In this document: positions 16,177 through 26,298 of the stretch, one piece after another
How the letters are laid out: every line of letters begins with the position of its first letter
How positions within the stretch are numbered: the first letter of the stretch is position 1
NCBI GenBank assembly: GCA_963772455.1
Contig: CAVYXJ010000013.1
Coordinates: forward strand, 83,163 to 147,162
Length of the DNA stretch: 64,000 nt
Source: Candidatus Bathyarchaeota archaeon
GTDB lineage: Archaea > Thermoproteota > Bathyarchaeia > Bathyarchaeales > Bathycorpusculaceae
Direction: 5' to 3'
Program-made: the position numbers and the translations under genes
The notes under the pieces: model-generated
Told to the model about the DNA's origin: nothing
The model's input: the letters and a program-made list of their open reading frames with translations, nothing else
Databases searched by the model: none

Positions 16177-18972
16177 TTAAGTGTGATCGTGTTTGCTTAG
16201 GTCTTCAGCTTTTTTGCCGAATCGTCTTGAGATAAACTTACGAATTTCTTCTGCAAAGACAACTATCAATGCCAGTGAGATTAGGTATATCCAATCTGTG
16301 AAGCCAAGCGCGGTTGTTCCAAAGACATGTTGCATTACCGGTACGTATATCAGGACTGCTAGAATTGAGATTTGTGACACTATGCCTGCGATTATCCATT
16401 TGTTGGTTTTGAGGCTGGTTCTAAAAATGGATTGTTTGCTGGTTCGACAGGCTAAGACGTTTCCTGCTTGCGCCACTACTATACCCGCGAACATCATAGT
16501 GACACCTTTGAGGTAGAGTGGGTTTGGTGTTATTCCTTTTACTCCAAATTGCCAGTCGCTGGGTACAGGCATTCCAATTTGCCATCCGCCTGCGGCCCAA
16601 GCGTTTAGGCATCCAATCATTGCGCCTACAGCAATGATTACTCCGATGAACACTGAGCGGATAAGGACTCTGCGCGTAAACAACCTTTCTTTGATGCTTC
16701 GTGGCGGTTCCTGCATGATTCCTGCTTCTGGGGGTTCACGGCTCAACGCTAAGCTGGGAATAACTTCTATTGCTAAATCGATGGCTAACACTTGGACGAC
16801 GAGTAGCGGCAGAGGAATACCCAATGCTGCATAGAGAACGAACGGAATGAGTTCTGCCCAGTTATGGCTGAACACGTAGACAATGAATTTGCGTATATTC
16901 TCGTAAATTGCCCTGCCGGACTCAACTGCTTTAACGATTGATGCAAAACTGTCATTGAGTAGCACAATGTCTGCGGCTTCCCTTGCAACATCCGTGCCGG
17001 AAGCACCCATGGCTACACCGATGTTGGCTTCCTTAAGTGAAGGCGCATCGTTTGCTCCATCCCCAGTAACTGCAACTATTTCGCCACTTCCCTTGAGAAC
17101 TTTAACTATCCGAAGCTTCTGTTCAGGGGCAACCCGAGCGAAAATCACATTACCTTTCTTGACTTCGTCAACTATGGCTTTGTCACTTAAGTCATCAAGG
17201 TCAACGCCCCGTATAACTTGCGCAAAGTCCTTTTCAACTATGCCGACTTCTTGAGCTATGGCTTGTGCGGTTGGACCATAATCACCTGTGATGATGACAG
17301 TTTTTATTCCGGCTTGTTTAGCTTTTTGAACAGCGTTTTTCACTTCTTTTCTCGGTGGGTCGCGCATTCCTGCTAAACCGACAAAAATAAGGTCTTTTTC
17401 GGTTTCTTCATCCTTCTTATAATCGCCTTTTGGAATTTGTTTGTACGCAACCGCTATAACACGTAGACCTTCATTGGCAAATTCATGGATTCTTGTCTCT
17501 ATCCAATCCATATTTTCTTGAGTTAAATCTTCTACTTTACCATCCACAAAAATTTTGTTGCATAAATCCAAAATGTTTCTTGGGGCACCTTTGGTATAAA
17601 TCAAAACATTGCCATTTAATGAGTGGACCGTGCTCATTCGTTTTCGCTCAAAACTGAATGGCAAAATGTCAATAGTAGGTTTCTCAGCGATTAGTTCTTC
17701 AATGCTTTGACCATATTTCAAAGCTGCAACCAGAAGTGCTCCATCGGTTGGGTCACCAATGACGCTCCAATTTTTGTTGCGGTCAGTGGGCGGATCAATT
17801 TTAGCGCCATTGCAAAGGGCAGCAATTTCAAGAAGTTTATCTAGAGATTTTGTTTCTCCTTCTTTGAGAGGTTGGCCGTTTATTGAGAAGTCGCCTGCTG
17901 GCATATAGCCCAAGCCTGAAACTTCGATAATTCTGTCTTTTACCCAGAGTTTGTTAACGGTCATTTCGCCCTTGGTGATTGTGCCTGTTTTGTCTGTGCA
18001 AATTACGGTGACGCTGCCCAACGTTTGCACTGCTGACAAGCGTTTGACAAGAACGTGTTGTTTAACCATCTTCAGTACGTTGATGGCTAATGCGCTTGAA
18101 ACTGTAACCTGCAAACCTTCAGGCACACAGCAAACCATGACACCGATCATGAAAAGAATACTATTTGCAGGAGGAACATTCAAGAAAATAAGACTAACAA
18201 TAAAGAAGGCTGTCCCAACAACTACAGCGATAATAAAGTCATACTTGGCGGTCAAGGCAATTTCTTTTTGCAGAGGGCTATCTTCTTCTTTAATCGTCTG
18301 AGTTAAACTGGCGATTTTCCCAAACTGCGTTTCCATGCCTGTAGCGTAAACAACAGCTTTTCCCTGACCCTTAGCCACGCTTGTGCTCATAAAAACAAGG
18401 TCAGGTGCATACAAGTATGCCTTCTCAACTATTTTTACTGGTTCAGCAACCCGCGGTTGTGGCTCAGATTCCCCAGTTAAAGGTACGTTATTTGTCCATA
18501 AATCAAAAACTTCTAGCAAACGTGCATCTGCGGGTACACGGTCGCCTTCTTCCAATTGAACGATATCTCCAGGAACAATCTCTCTTACAGAGATTTTCTT
18601 AAGTTCGCCATCTCGGAAAACTTTGGCGTATTCGGGCATCCAGCTCTTGAGGGTTTCCATGGCTTTTTCTGCACGCGCTTCCTGGAAGATGCTAACAAAA
18701 ATGTTGACGAAAACAACTGCAAGAATGATTAAAGCTAGTTCTGGGCTTCCACTAAAATATGATAAGCCAGCTGCAACAATTAGTAAGATTCCGAACAAAT
18801 CCTTAAGGTTGCGGATAAACTTGTAAATGAATGGAACTTGCCTTTTTTCGGATAACTTGTTGTAACCGTATTTTTTGAGCCGTAGCTTAGCTTCTTGACT
18901 GGTTAATCCGTTTTCTGATGTGTTTAAGTCGTTAAAAACCTCGTTAATCGGCAAAGAAGCAGCTTTTTCCAA
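16177..18972 (-). CDS. Type II cation-transporting P-type ATPase
   Basis: TGES, CVPEGL, ICTDKTGT, KGAP, DPPR, TGDGANDAPSL. Confidence 0.95.
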   Translation of the reverse strand: MEKAASLPINEVFNDLNTSENGLTSQEAKLRLKKYGYNKLSEKRQVPFIYKFIRNLKDLFGILLIVAAGLSYFSGSPELALIILAVVFVNIFVSIFQEARAEKAMETLKSWMPEYAKVFRDGELKKISVREIVPGDIVQLEEGDRVPADARLLEVFDLWTNNVPLTGESEPQPRVAEPVKIVEKAYLYAPDLVFMSTSVAKGQGKAVVYATGMETQFGKIASLTQTIKEEDSPLQKEIALTAKYDFIIAVVVGTAFFIVSLIFLNVPPANSILFMIGVMVCCVPEGLQVTVSSALAINVLKMVKQHVLVKRLSAVQTLGSVTVICTDKTGTITKGEMTVNKLWVKDRIIEVSGLGYMPAGDFSINGQPLKEGETKSLDKLLEIAALCNGAKIDPPTDRNKNWSVIGDPTDGALLVAALKYGQSIEELIAEKPTIDILPFSFERKRMSTVHSLNGNVLIYTKGAPRNILDLCNKIFVDGKVEDLTQENMDWIETRIHEFANEGLRVIAVAYKQIPKGDYKKDEETEKDLIFVGLAGMRDPPRKEVKNAVQKAKQAGIKTVIITGDYGPTAQAIAQEVGIVEKDFAQVIRGVDLDDLSDKAIVDEVKKGNVIFARVAPEQKLRIVKVLKGSGEIVAVTGDGANDAPSLKEANIGVAMGASGTDVAREAADIVLLNDSFASIVKAVESGRAIYENIRKFIVYVFSHNWAELIPFVLYAALGIPLPLLVVQVLAIDLAIEVIPSLALSREPPEAGIMQEPPRSIKERLFTRRVLIRSVFIGVIIAVGAMIGCLNAWAAGGWQIGMPVPSDWQFGVKGITPNPLYLKGVTMMFAGIVVAQAGNVLACRTSKQSIFRTSLKTNKWIIAGIVSQISILAVLIYVPVMQHVFGTTALGFTDWIYLISLALIVVFAEEIRKFISRRFGKKAEDLSKHDHT

Positions 18973-19326
18973 TTTTATTCCGCCAAAACCCCAAGAATAT
19001 TGCTAGTTAATAACAACCTCGACAATAAGTGAAGATGAAAGGTGCTAAGGACTCTTTATGTAATATGTTATTTTCCTGAGCATCATTTGGATGATACATT
19101 CATATCCTCATCGTTTTAAACTTCATCGTCAATTTTGATGGTTTAATTTTAGGTAATTTGTTGGTTGTTGCTTTTAAACTAATCGTAGTTGAAATAGTTT
19201 TCAACCAAAAAGAAATCAAAGATAATGGTGTATTGTATGCAGAGCGTTTCTTGGTCAATTAATATTTTCTTCTCCTTTAACTTCGAATTATTTGTCCAAT
19301 AGGAAATAAAATAGATTTATTCTTTT

Positions 19327-19365
19327 TTGCGAATTAGCCTTAACCAACTTGCGAATTAACCTAAA
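19327..19365. repeat. Tandem direct repeat with 22-bp period in divergent intergenic region
   Basis: TTGCGAATTAGCCTTAA / TTGCGAATTAACCTAAA. Confidence 0.5.
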
Positions 19366-19610
19366 GACAGACAATAGAACAATATTCGATAAAAATTAAT
19401 GCATAATTTTGGGAAAAACCAAGACAAAATTTACTCGATACAGCATTTTTAGTATTAATATTTTCAGAAAAATCATTCCATAAAGTTAATAGGCTACAAA
19501 CTCACTTTCCATGTAGTTTACCATTTCATGAGAGAGTAAATAATGCTTCAAATACCTAAAATACAGATCTTTCAAGTGAAAAATTCAAATAAATTGGAGA
19601 TAGATTAATT

Positions 19611-21827
19611 ATGGCGCGTTATAGGCAAACAGACGAAATTGTAAAACTGATGGAAACCCCCATTTTCGTACGCAACACCAGCATCATCGCTCACGTTGAC
19701 CATGGAAAAACAACCCTGGCTGACAGCCTTCTGGCAGCTGCAGGTATCATCAGTACCCAAACAGCAGGACAGAAACTGTTCCTAGACTCATGGGACCTTG
19801 AGCAGAAACGTCAAATGACTGTCTTTGCTTCAAACGTCAGCTTAGTCCACACTTATCAAGAAAAAGATTACTTAATCAACCTAATCGACACACCTGGTCA
19901 CATCGACTTTTCAGGAGCTGTGACAAGAAGTCTGCGAGCAGTTGATGGGGCACTCGTAGTTGTTGATGCAGTTGAAGGACCAATGACCCAGACCGAAACC
20001 GTTCTAATGCAGGCCCTAAGAGAACGCGTAAAGCCAATTCTATTTATCAACAAAGTTGACCGTTTGATTAAAGAAATTAAACTAACCCCTCAAGAAATCC
20101 AAAAGAAATTTGCAAAAATTCTCCTAAGAGTTAACACTTTAATAGAGAAATATGCACCTGCCGAGCACAAGAAAGACTGGCAAGTAACCATTGAAGATAG
20201 TCGTGTAGCCTTTGGATCAGCTCTTCACAAATGGGGTTTAAATCTTGATCATATGCGAATGAAGAAAGTTACCTTCCAAGACATCATCGACGCTTACACA
20301 GGCGACCCAATTGAAGTCGGTAGAAAAGTGGATGAACTCAGTAAACGAGCTCCCTTGCCAGAACCAATCTTGGACATGTTCGTTAAACATCTTCCAAACC
20401 CGTATGAAGCACAGCCCTATCGGCAACCTCAGATTTGGCCAGGAGATGTTTCCAGCAAAACAGGTCAAGGAATGGCAAAAGTTGATCCTAAGGCACCGTT
20501 GCTCATGTGTATCTCAACAATTGAAGTAGATCCACACAGCGGAACAGTTGCAATCGGCAGAATATTCAGCGGTGCAATCGAAAGAGGCAAAACCGTTCAG
20601 CTTTTAAGCAGCAATCAAAAAGGCACCATTCAACAAGTATTCATGAGTATGGCGACTGATCGTGTTCTCATTGACCGGGTTCCAGCAGGTAACATCGGAG
20701 CAATTTCCGGATTACCATCTATCCATGTAGGTGAAACCATCGCTGAAGAAGGCGAAGAAGTACATTCTTTCGAAGGCTTAAACTACGTTTCTGACCCAGT
20801 CGTTACCGTAGCCGTTGAACCAGAAGACGTCAAAGACTTACCCTTATTCGATAAAGTCATGCACAAACTGACTACAGAAGACCCCAACTTACACTTCATC
20901 ATGAACAAAGAAAGCGGAGAATTTCTCTTATCAGGAATGGGTGAGCTCCACCTTGAAATTACTGCTTACCGAATGCAGGAAGCTGGATTAAAAGTTAAAC
21001 TCAGCAAGCCAATTGTCATTTTCAGGGAAACTATCAGCCACGATTACAGGGGACCAGCAATCATGGGTAAAAGCCCCAATAAACACAACAAACTCTGGAT
21101 TACCATAGACAAATTGTCTGACGAAGTTATCGAGGCAATTAAGTCCGAAAAAATCACTGACATGCAAAGCAGGGACGAACGAACTAAAACTTTGCGCGCA
21201 CTTGGTTGGGCACCAGACGAAGCCAAAGGAGCAGTAGCAGTTGAAGAAAACTGCATACTCTGCAACCGAATCCGTGGACGCCAATACGTAGAAGAAATCA
21301 TCGACCACATAAAAACAGGATTCCGCGAAGCAGTACACACTTCACCACTCGCCAAGGAACCAGCTTACGGATTAAAAATTAACCTTGAAGACATCGTTCT
21401 ACATGAAGACCCAGTTCACAGAGGTCCCGCACAAGCTATACCAATGACTTGGAGACCAATCTACTGCGCTATACTCCTGAGCGATCCAAAACTACTTGAA
21501 CCATTAATGAGTTTCGAATGCAAAGTTCCAAGCGAATACGTCAGCGCCGTCATCACAATGCTAAACAAACGCCGCGGAAAAATCCTAGACATGCCCTCAG
21601 AAGATGACATAATCACCGTTAAAGCAGAAATGCCAGTTTCAGAAAGCTTCGGCATAGCTGACGAATTGCGCGGTTCAACTTCAGGCAGAGCATTTTGGGC
21701 AACACAGTTCAGTCGTTGGGCATATGTTCCAGAACAAATGCAAGCTGATACCATCAAGAAGATCCGTGAACGCAGAGGACTACCATTAGTTCCGCCAAAG
21801 CCAGAAGAATACTTCGAGAAAGAATAA
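19611..21827 (+). CDS. fusA: Elongation factor 2 (divergent, probably the aEF-2 paralogue)
   Basis: AHVDHGKTT, DTPGH, NKVD, HEDPVHRGPAQ; switch I RQMTV instead of RGITI; no rpS12/rpS7 neighbours. Confidence 0.85.
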   Translation: MARYRQTDEIVKLMETPIFVRNTSIIAHVDHGKTTLADSLLAAAGIISTQTAGQKLFLDSWDLEQKRQMTVFASNVSLVHTYQEKDYLINLIDTPGHIDFSGAVTRSLRAVDGALVVVDAVEGPMTQTETVLMQALRERVKPILFINKVDRLIKEIKLTPQEIQKKFAKILLRVNTLIEKYAPAEHKKDWQVTIEDSRVAFGSALHKWGLNLDHMRMKKVTFQDIIDAYTGDPIEVGRKVDELSKRAPLPEPILDMFVKHLPNPYEAQPYRQPQIWPGDVSSKTGQGMAKVDPKAPLLMCISTIEVDPHSGTVAIGRIFSGAIERGKTVQLLSSNQKGTIQQVFMSMATDRVLIDRVPAGNIGAISGLPSIHVGETIAEEGEEVHSFEGLNYVSDPVVTVAVEPEDVKDLPLFDKVMHKLTTEDPNLHFIMNKESGEFLLSGMGELHLEITAYRMQEAGLKVKLSKPIVIFRETISHDYRGPAIMGKSPNKHNKLWITIDKLSDEVIEAIKSEKITDMQSRDERTKTLRALGWAPDEAKGAVAVEENCILCNRIRGRQYVEEIIDHIKTGFREAVHTSPLAKEPAYGLKINLEDIVLHEDPVHRGPAQAIPMTWRPIYCAILLSDPKLLEPLMSFECKVPSEYVSAVITMLNKRRGKILDMPSEDDIITVKAEMPVSESFGIADELRGSTSGRAFWATQFSRWAYVPEQMQADTIKKIRERRGLPLVPPKPEEYFEKE

Positions 21828-21946
21828 TCTTCTTTCTAAAATTTTTATTTTTTTATTTTTATAAAAAAAAGTTTTTCTTTCTAAATCTATAAAATTGCTT
21901 GTTTTTTTGGAGTAAGGCTTTAATCCACATTTTGAATTAAGGTTCA

Positions 21947-22543
21947 GTGAAGAATATGATTATTGGAATTTGCGGGAGCCCACGTAAACAAGCAACAGAA
22001 TATGTTCTTGAACAAGCCCTTGCAATGTTGCAGGAAAAGGGGTTAGAAACTAAATTATGGTCAGTTCATGGAAAATGGGTTGACTACTGCGCACACTGCG
22101 ATTATTGTCTAAAAAACAAGGAATGCATAGTCCAAGATGATGTGCAGGAACTCTACGCCCTTCTCACAGGAGCCCAAGGAATCATTTTTGCATCCCCCGT
22201 CTACAACGGCGGAGTAAGCGCCCAAACAAAAGCAGTTATGGATAGAATGCGGGCGGCGGTTGCTTCGGACAAGAATTTTTTCAAAGGCAAAATAGGCATG
22301 GGCATCGTAACAGGTGGCGACAGGAATGGCGGCCAAGAATTTGCGCTCATGCAGATTCACAATTTCTTCATTATAAATGGGATGATCCCTGTTGGCGGCG
22401 GATTTTTTGGCGCTAACTTAGGCGCAACATTTTGGAGCAAAGACACACTGGAAGGTGTCAAGCTGGATGAGGAAGGGTTTAGAAGCCTAAAAAAAACCAC
22501 TAAACGCTTCGCAGAATATGTTGACATTTACATTAAAAAGTAA
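21947..22543 (+). CDS. Iron-sulfur flavoprotein / NADPH-dependent FMN reductase family
   Basis: GSPRK, CAHCDYC..C (Cx2Cx2Cx5C), ASPVYNG, GGDRNGGQE. Confidence 0.85.
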   Translation: MKNMIIGICGSPRKQATEYVLEQALAMLQEKGLETKLWSVHGKWVDYCAHCDYCLKNKECIVQDDVQELYALLTGAQGIIFASPVYNGGVSAQTKAVMDRMRAAVASDKNFFKGKIGMGIVTGGDRNGGQEFALMQIHNFFIINGMIPVGGGFFGANLGATFWSKDTLEGVKLDEEGFRSLKKTTKRFAEYVDIYIKK

Positions 22544-22554
22544 GGTGAATTATT

Positions 22555-23139
22555 ATGGCCGAAGTTAAAGTTAAGAAACGTAAGGTTGCTTGGGGTATCA
22601 CTGGTGCAGGAGATAAAATCCAAGAAATCATCGAAACCATGAAGGACTTAAAAAAGCAGTCAGAAGACATTTTGGAGATTGACGTTTTCATCTCGAAGGC
22701 AGGAGAAACTATGCTCAAATTCTACCGTTTAGACGAGGAGTTAAAGAACAACTTTACCAAAGTTACGGTTGAAATGAACTCAAACTCGCCTTTCTTGGCA
22801 GGTATGGTGCAAAGTGGCAAGTACGAATTTCTTTTGATTATGCCAGCTTCCTCAAACACTGTAGCAAAACTGGTTAACGGCATAGGAGATACATTGCTTA
22901 CAAACTCGGCGTTAATGAGTCTCAAAGCATTCGTGCCTGTTTGGGTTATGCCAGTAGATTTCAAAGAAAGCATCGTTTATACCAAACTGCCCAATGGCAA
23001 AGAAATGAAACTGCGAGTACGCAAAGAAGAGGCAGACCAAGTACGCAAACTGGAACAAACTGAGGATGTTCGTGTGTTCGAGAACCCAGCGAAGGTACAT
23101 GAAGGTTTTTTGGAGTGGCTAAAAACTATTAAGGCGTAA
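22555..23139 (+). CDS. afpA: Archaeoflavoprotein AfpA
   Basis: KRKVAWGITGAGD, PASSNTVAKLVNGIGDTL, TKLPNGK. Confidence 0.8.
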   Translation: MAEVKVKKRKVAWGITGAGDKIQEIIETMKDLKKQSEDILEIDVFISKAGETMLKFYRLDEELKNNFTKVTVEMNSNSPFLAGMVQSGKYEFLLIMPASSNTVAKLVNGIGDTLLTNSALMSLKAFVPVWVMPVDFKESIVYTKLPNGKEMKLRVRKEEADQVRKLEQTEDVRVFENPAKVHEGFLEWLKTIKA

Positions 23140-23174
23140 GGAACAGCCTATCAACTTTCAATTAAATCCTTAAA

Positions 23175-23927
23175 TTAAGTAGGATTTGGGAGACTGCTTT
23201 TTTTATTGAATTTATTTGATACAATTTGATAGATAACAATTGCAGAGTAAAACCCATATGAAAGCAAAAGAACTGGGCGATATATTGCGTACTTAAGGTC
23301 ACTGACCACAAATCCAACATTGTTATTTAGTGACCAAACTGTGTTTGGTCGAAAATGAAAGCAGTAAGGTTCATAGACGCCAATCACTTTGAGGCCTTTT
23401 TTCTCTATCCATGATTTGATAAATCCATCTTCATAAGTGTGAAGATGAGCTGGGATTTTTATATCATCAACGGTCTTTCGGCGAATCAAAAGGTCGTGAG
23501 TTCCGCCTCGTTGTTCAAATATTTTTAGTGTCATTCTTTCGAAAAGTCTTAATATTTTTGCTCCTTTTAGAACCGACCATATTTCAATTCCCCAGATTGC
23601 GCCGACATCTTCTTTAACAAATTTTTGTGCTTTAGCAAACCAGTTCTTTGACAATATAACGTCGCTGTCTACAAACATGAACCATTCAGTACTTACTAGT
23701 TGAATTGCTGTCTGTCTGGCTTTGCCTCTGGTCCCTTTTTCTTGAACAAATTTTACGTTTCCGTATCTTTCTTGAAATTCGTTTAATATTTTCTCCGTCG
23801 CATCGGTGGAGAATCCGTCAACAACAATTAGGTTTTTGACAGGCACGTTGTTATAAACTGAGTTTATGCATTCTTTTAGCATTCTTGCGCTATTCTTTGT
23901 AAGAATTGCAACGTCAATAGCTTCCAT
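23175..23927 (-). CDS. Glycosyltransferase family 2
   Basis: VVDGFSTDAT, RGKARQ, FMFVDSD (DxD). Confidence 0.85.
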   Translation of the reverse strand: MEAIDVAILTKNSARMLKECINSVYNNVPVKNLIVVDGFSTDATEKILNEFQERYGNVKFVQEKGTRGKARQTAIQLVSTEWFMFVDSDVILSKNWFAKAQKFVKEDVGAIWGIEIWSVLKGAKILRLFERMTLKIFEQRGGTHDLLIRRKTVDDIKIPAHLHTYEDGFIKSWIEKKGLKVIGVYEPYCFHFRPNTVWSLNNNVGFVVSDLKYAIYRPVLLLSYGFYSAIVIYQIVSNKFNKKSSLPNPT

Positions 23928-24354
23928 GTTATTGGAGACTCCTTCGATATTTGTGAAGGGTTCCTTCAGCGAGAAGCATAAAAAATTCAGGGTTTTCAAG
24001 ATCTGAAACAAATAATTGAACCGGAATGCCTCTCATTAATTCAACCCTTTCGCTGAAGTGTTCCCAAATTGTAAGAGCTATATTTAAACAAACAGTATAA
24101 CCCCTTGAGATTAACTTGAAATGTTTCTTTTTCTTTTGATAACTGCTTAGAAACAGCCTTGTAAAATCAAAAAATTATTCCTTAATGGTTTCAATGTGCT
24201 ACAATTTCGCAAAAGACTTTGAAATGAACTAATGAAATTCCATGTAGTCGTTATACTTGCACCAAATGGAACAATTATTAAATTATTTGTAACGTGAAAG
24301 TCGCAAAATATAAAAATCATGCGCAAATAGAAAATGCTCCTCAGGGTGACCTCA

Positions 24355-24690
24355 ATGAACTTCTGTCCAGAATGCGGAGGAATACTTCAAGTCATCAAAA
24401 AAGGTGCTCCTTCACTCAGATGTCCAAAATGTAAATATCAAAAACAACTAAAACCAGAAGAAAGAAAACAGAAAATTAGCATACAATGCGGTAAATCTGC
24501 AGAAATTGCGGTCATCGACAAAAAAGCAGCATCCCTAAGGCAAATGCCCATAGTTAATATTGTTTGCTTAACATGCGGCCACACCCAAAGCGAAACTTGG
24601 AACGTGGAAGCTGCAGACGAAACCATACACTCGACTATTACCTTCTTTAGGTGCACAAAATGTGGAGCAACAAGAAGAGAGTCAGGATGA
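24355..24690 (+). CDS. TFS/RpoM-like transcription factor paralogue
   Basis: Two Zn ribbons (CPECG..CPKC; CLTCG..CTKCG) with acidic ADE hairpin. Confidence 0.8.
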   Translation: MNFCPECGGILQVIKKGAPSLRCPKCKYQKQLKPEERKQKISIQCGKSAEIAVIDKKAASLRQMPIVNIVCLTCGHTQSETWNVEAADETIHSTITFFRCTKCGATRRESG

Positions 24691-25006
24691 TTCAACAATG
24701 AAAGACTATTGCAACTAAATGTGAGAAATTTCTTCCTTTTAGTGATGGAAAATTATAACTAAAAGTTACCTTGGAAGTTTTTTTAAATTCCATTAATTTA
24801 ATCGATTTTTTTAATTTTTGGTGAGAAAGCTGGATTTAAACCGACTACCTTTACCAAGAGGGAACAAAGTGTCACGAGCATTGGTTCAGTTTCTGTCTTT
24901 TCATTGGGGTTGGACCCTGAATTCCATGATGAATTTAAGAAGATTCCTACATTAATCCAATGTCTTTTTATAATTCTGTAATGTATGTTTTTAAAAGAAA
25001 ATGTTT

Positions 25007-25146
25007 GGGGTTGTAGTATAGCCAGGTAGTACGGCGGGCTCCAGAAAGCATTGATTGCTTGACCCGTATGGGGATGACGAAATTCTGGAGCGGTCTACTT
25101 TGGGGAAACCCGTTGGTCATCGGTTCAAATCCGATCAGCCCCACCA
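25007..25146 (+). tRNA. tRNA-Trp: tRNA-Trp(CCA) with 63-nt canonical (37/38) intron at 25045-25107
   Basis: GGGGTTG/CAGCCCC acceptor, CTCCAG|intron|ACCCGT, BHB with central CTCC/GGGG helix, encoded CCA. Confidence 0.92.
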
Positions 25147-25368
25147 TCTTTTATTTCAAGTATTAAAAAGAAAACAAAAACAGTATTATTTGATAATGTG
25201 AGTAAAGAGAGAAAGTGAACTCATTTTTAACTAAAGTTTCAAACTGTAGCTTTCTTTGCCTTATCGTAATGTATGCATAAACTATTGAATAACTCTGAGA
25301 ACCTTTGCCCTCTCGCTTTTTTGCTGCATAAATACTCCAAATTTTTTTCTTTCTTTTTGTTAATTCAG

Positions 25369-25788
25369 TTATCGGAACAACTTCCATTCTGTTCGCAATA
25401 AGATACTCAGAATAACGATACTTGCACAATTAACTATTATGCCAAATGTCAAAATTCCAACAACCATGCTGGTTATGAATGCAGCAATGGCGGTTAGGCA
25501 TATTGCGTAAAATCCCACTTTTCTCCACATGAGAAGTGCTATGATTGAGCATATGCTAATTATTGTGTAAATTATAAAAAGAGGTATTGACCAAAGCGGA
25601 GAACCACCAAAGAAGCCATCAAAAAATGAGAAAAGAATTGCTCCCAAGGGGAAGAAAAGTAAACGTATACTAGGTACTTGTGAGAGCAGAAATATCATAT
25701 TTCCAAGCAGAATTATTACAAGCCAAAAAGTTAACCCTCCGTCACGTTTTTTGGGCTGGTTTGGCTGGTTTTCTGACATACTTTTCAA
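25369..25788 (-). CDS. Hypothetical four-TM membrane protein
   Basis: 139-aa ORF, four hydrophobic segments, LxxWRKxGFY pattern. Confidence 0.65.
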   Translation of the reverse strand: MKSMSENQPNQPKKRDGGLTFWLVIILLGNMIFLLSQVPSIRLLFFPLGAILFSFFDGFFGGSPLWSIPLFIIYTIISICSIIALLMWRKVGFYAICLTAIAAFITSMVVGILTFGIIVNCASIVILSILLRTEWKLFR

Positions 25789-26298
25789 TTTGTTTGGTTT
25801 TAGCTTTAAGTTTTGCCTTTTGACCTTGATTTTCTGCCTTTCCTAGTGAATTCAACCGATTCCATAACTCGAAAAGTTCCCATTTAATCGGTAGTATGTG
25901 TGCCCATCATTTAACTTATTCTTGGGTGTTGTCCTGACTCTGTTTTTGCTTAGAGAACTGTTCTGAACGGCTCCTCTATAATTAGCAATAAAAGCGCAGC
26001 GGAATTTCTTTATCATAGGTTGCAAAACAGCCTTTCTTTCCAAATGGGTGTTTCCATTTTTTGTAGATTGCCGTTGTTTCGTTTATGCTTCTTACGAGGT
26101 ATCCTGTGCTTTTCCTTAAGTGGCTTTTCCAGAAAAATTTTGTGGCGAGTAAACATTTTTTTCTGGCGCTTAGTCAATATTTGTCTAGACTACGACCCAC
26201 CCTGCTATTCAGTGTGCAAATAAGTAACCTGCAACAACAAAATATTTCATTAACGTATCCGTACTTTGGAATAAGGCAAGACAAAAAACCGTGGGCAA

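Noticed and set aside
24917-24932. CTGA followed by ATGATGA (D'/C' boxes of a C/D sRNA)
   Set aside because: No flanking C and D boxes at suitable spacing and no identifiable target.
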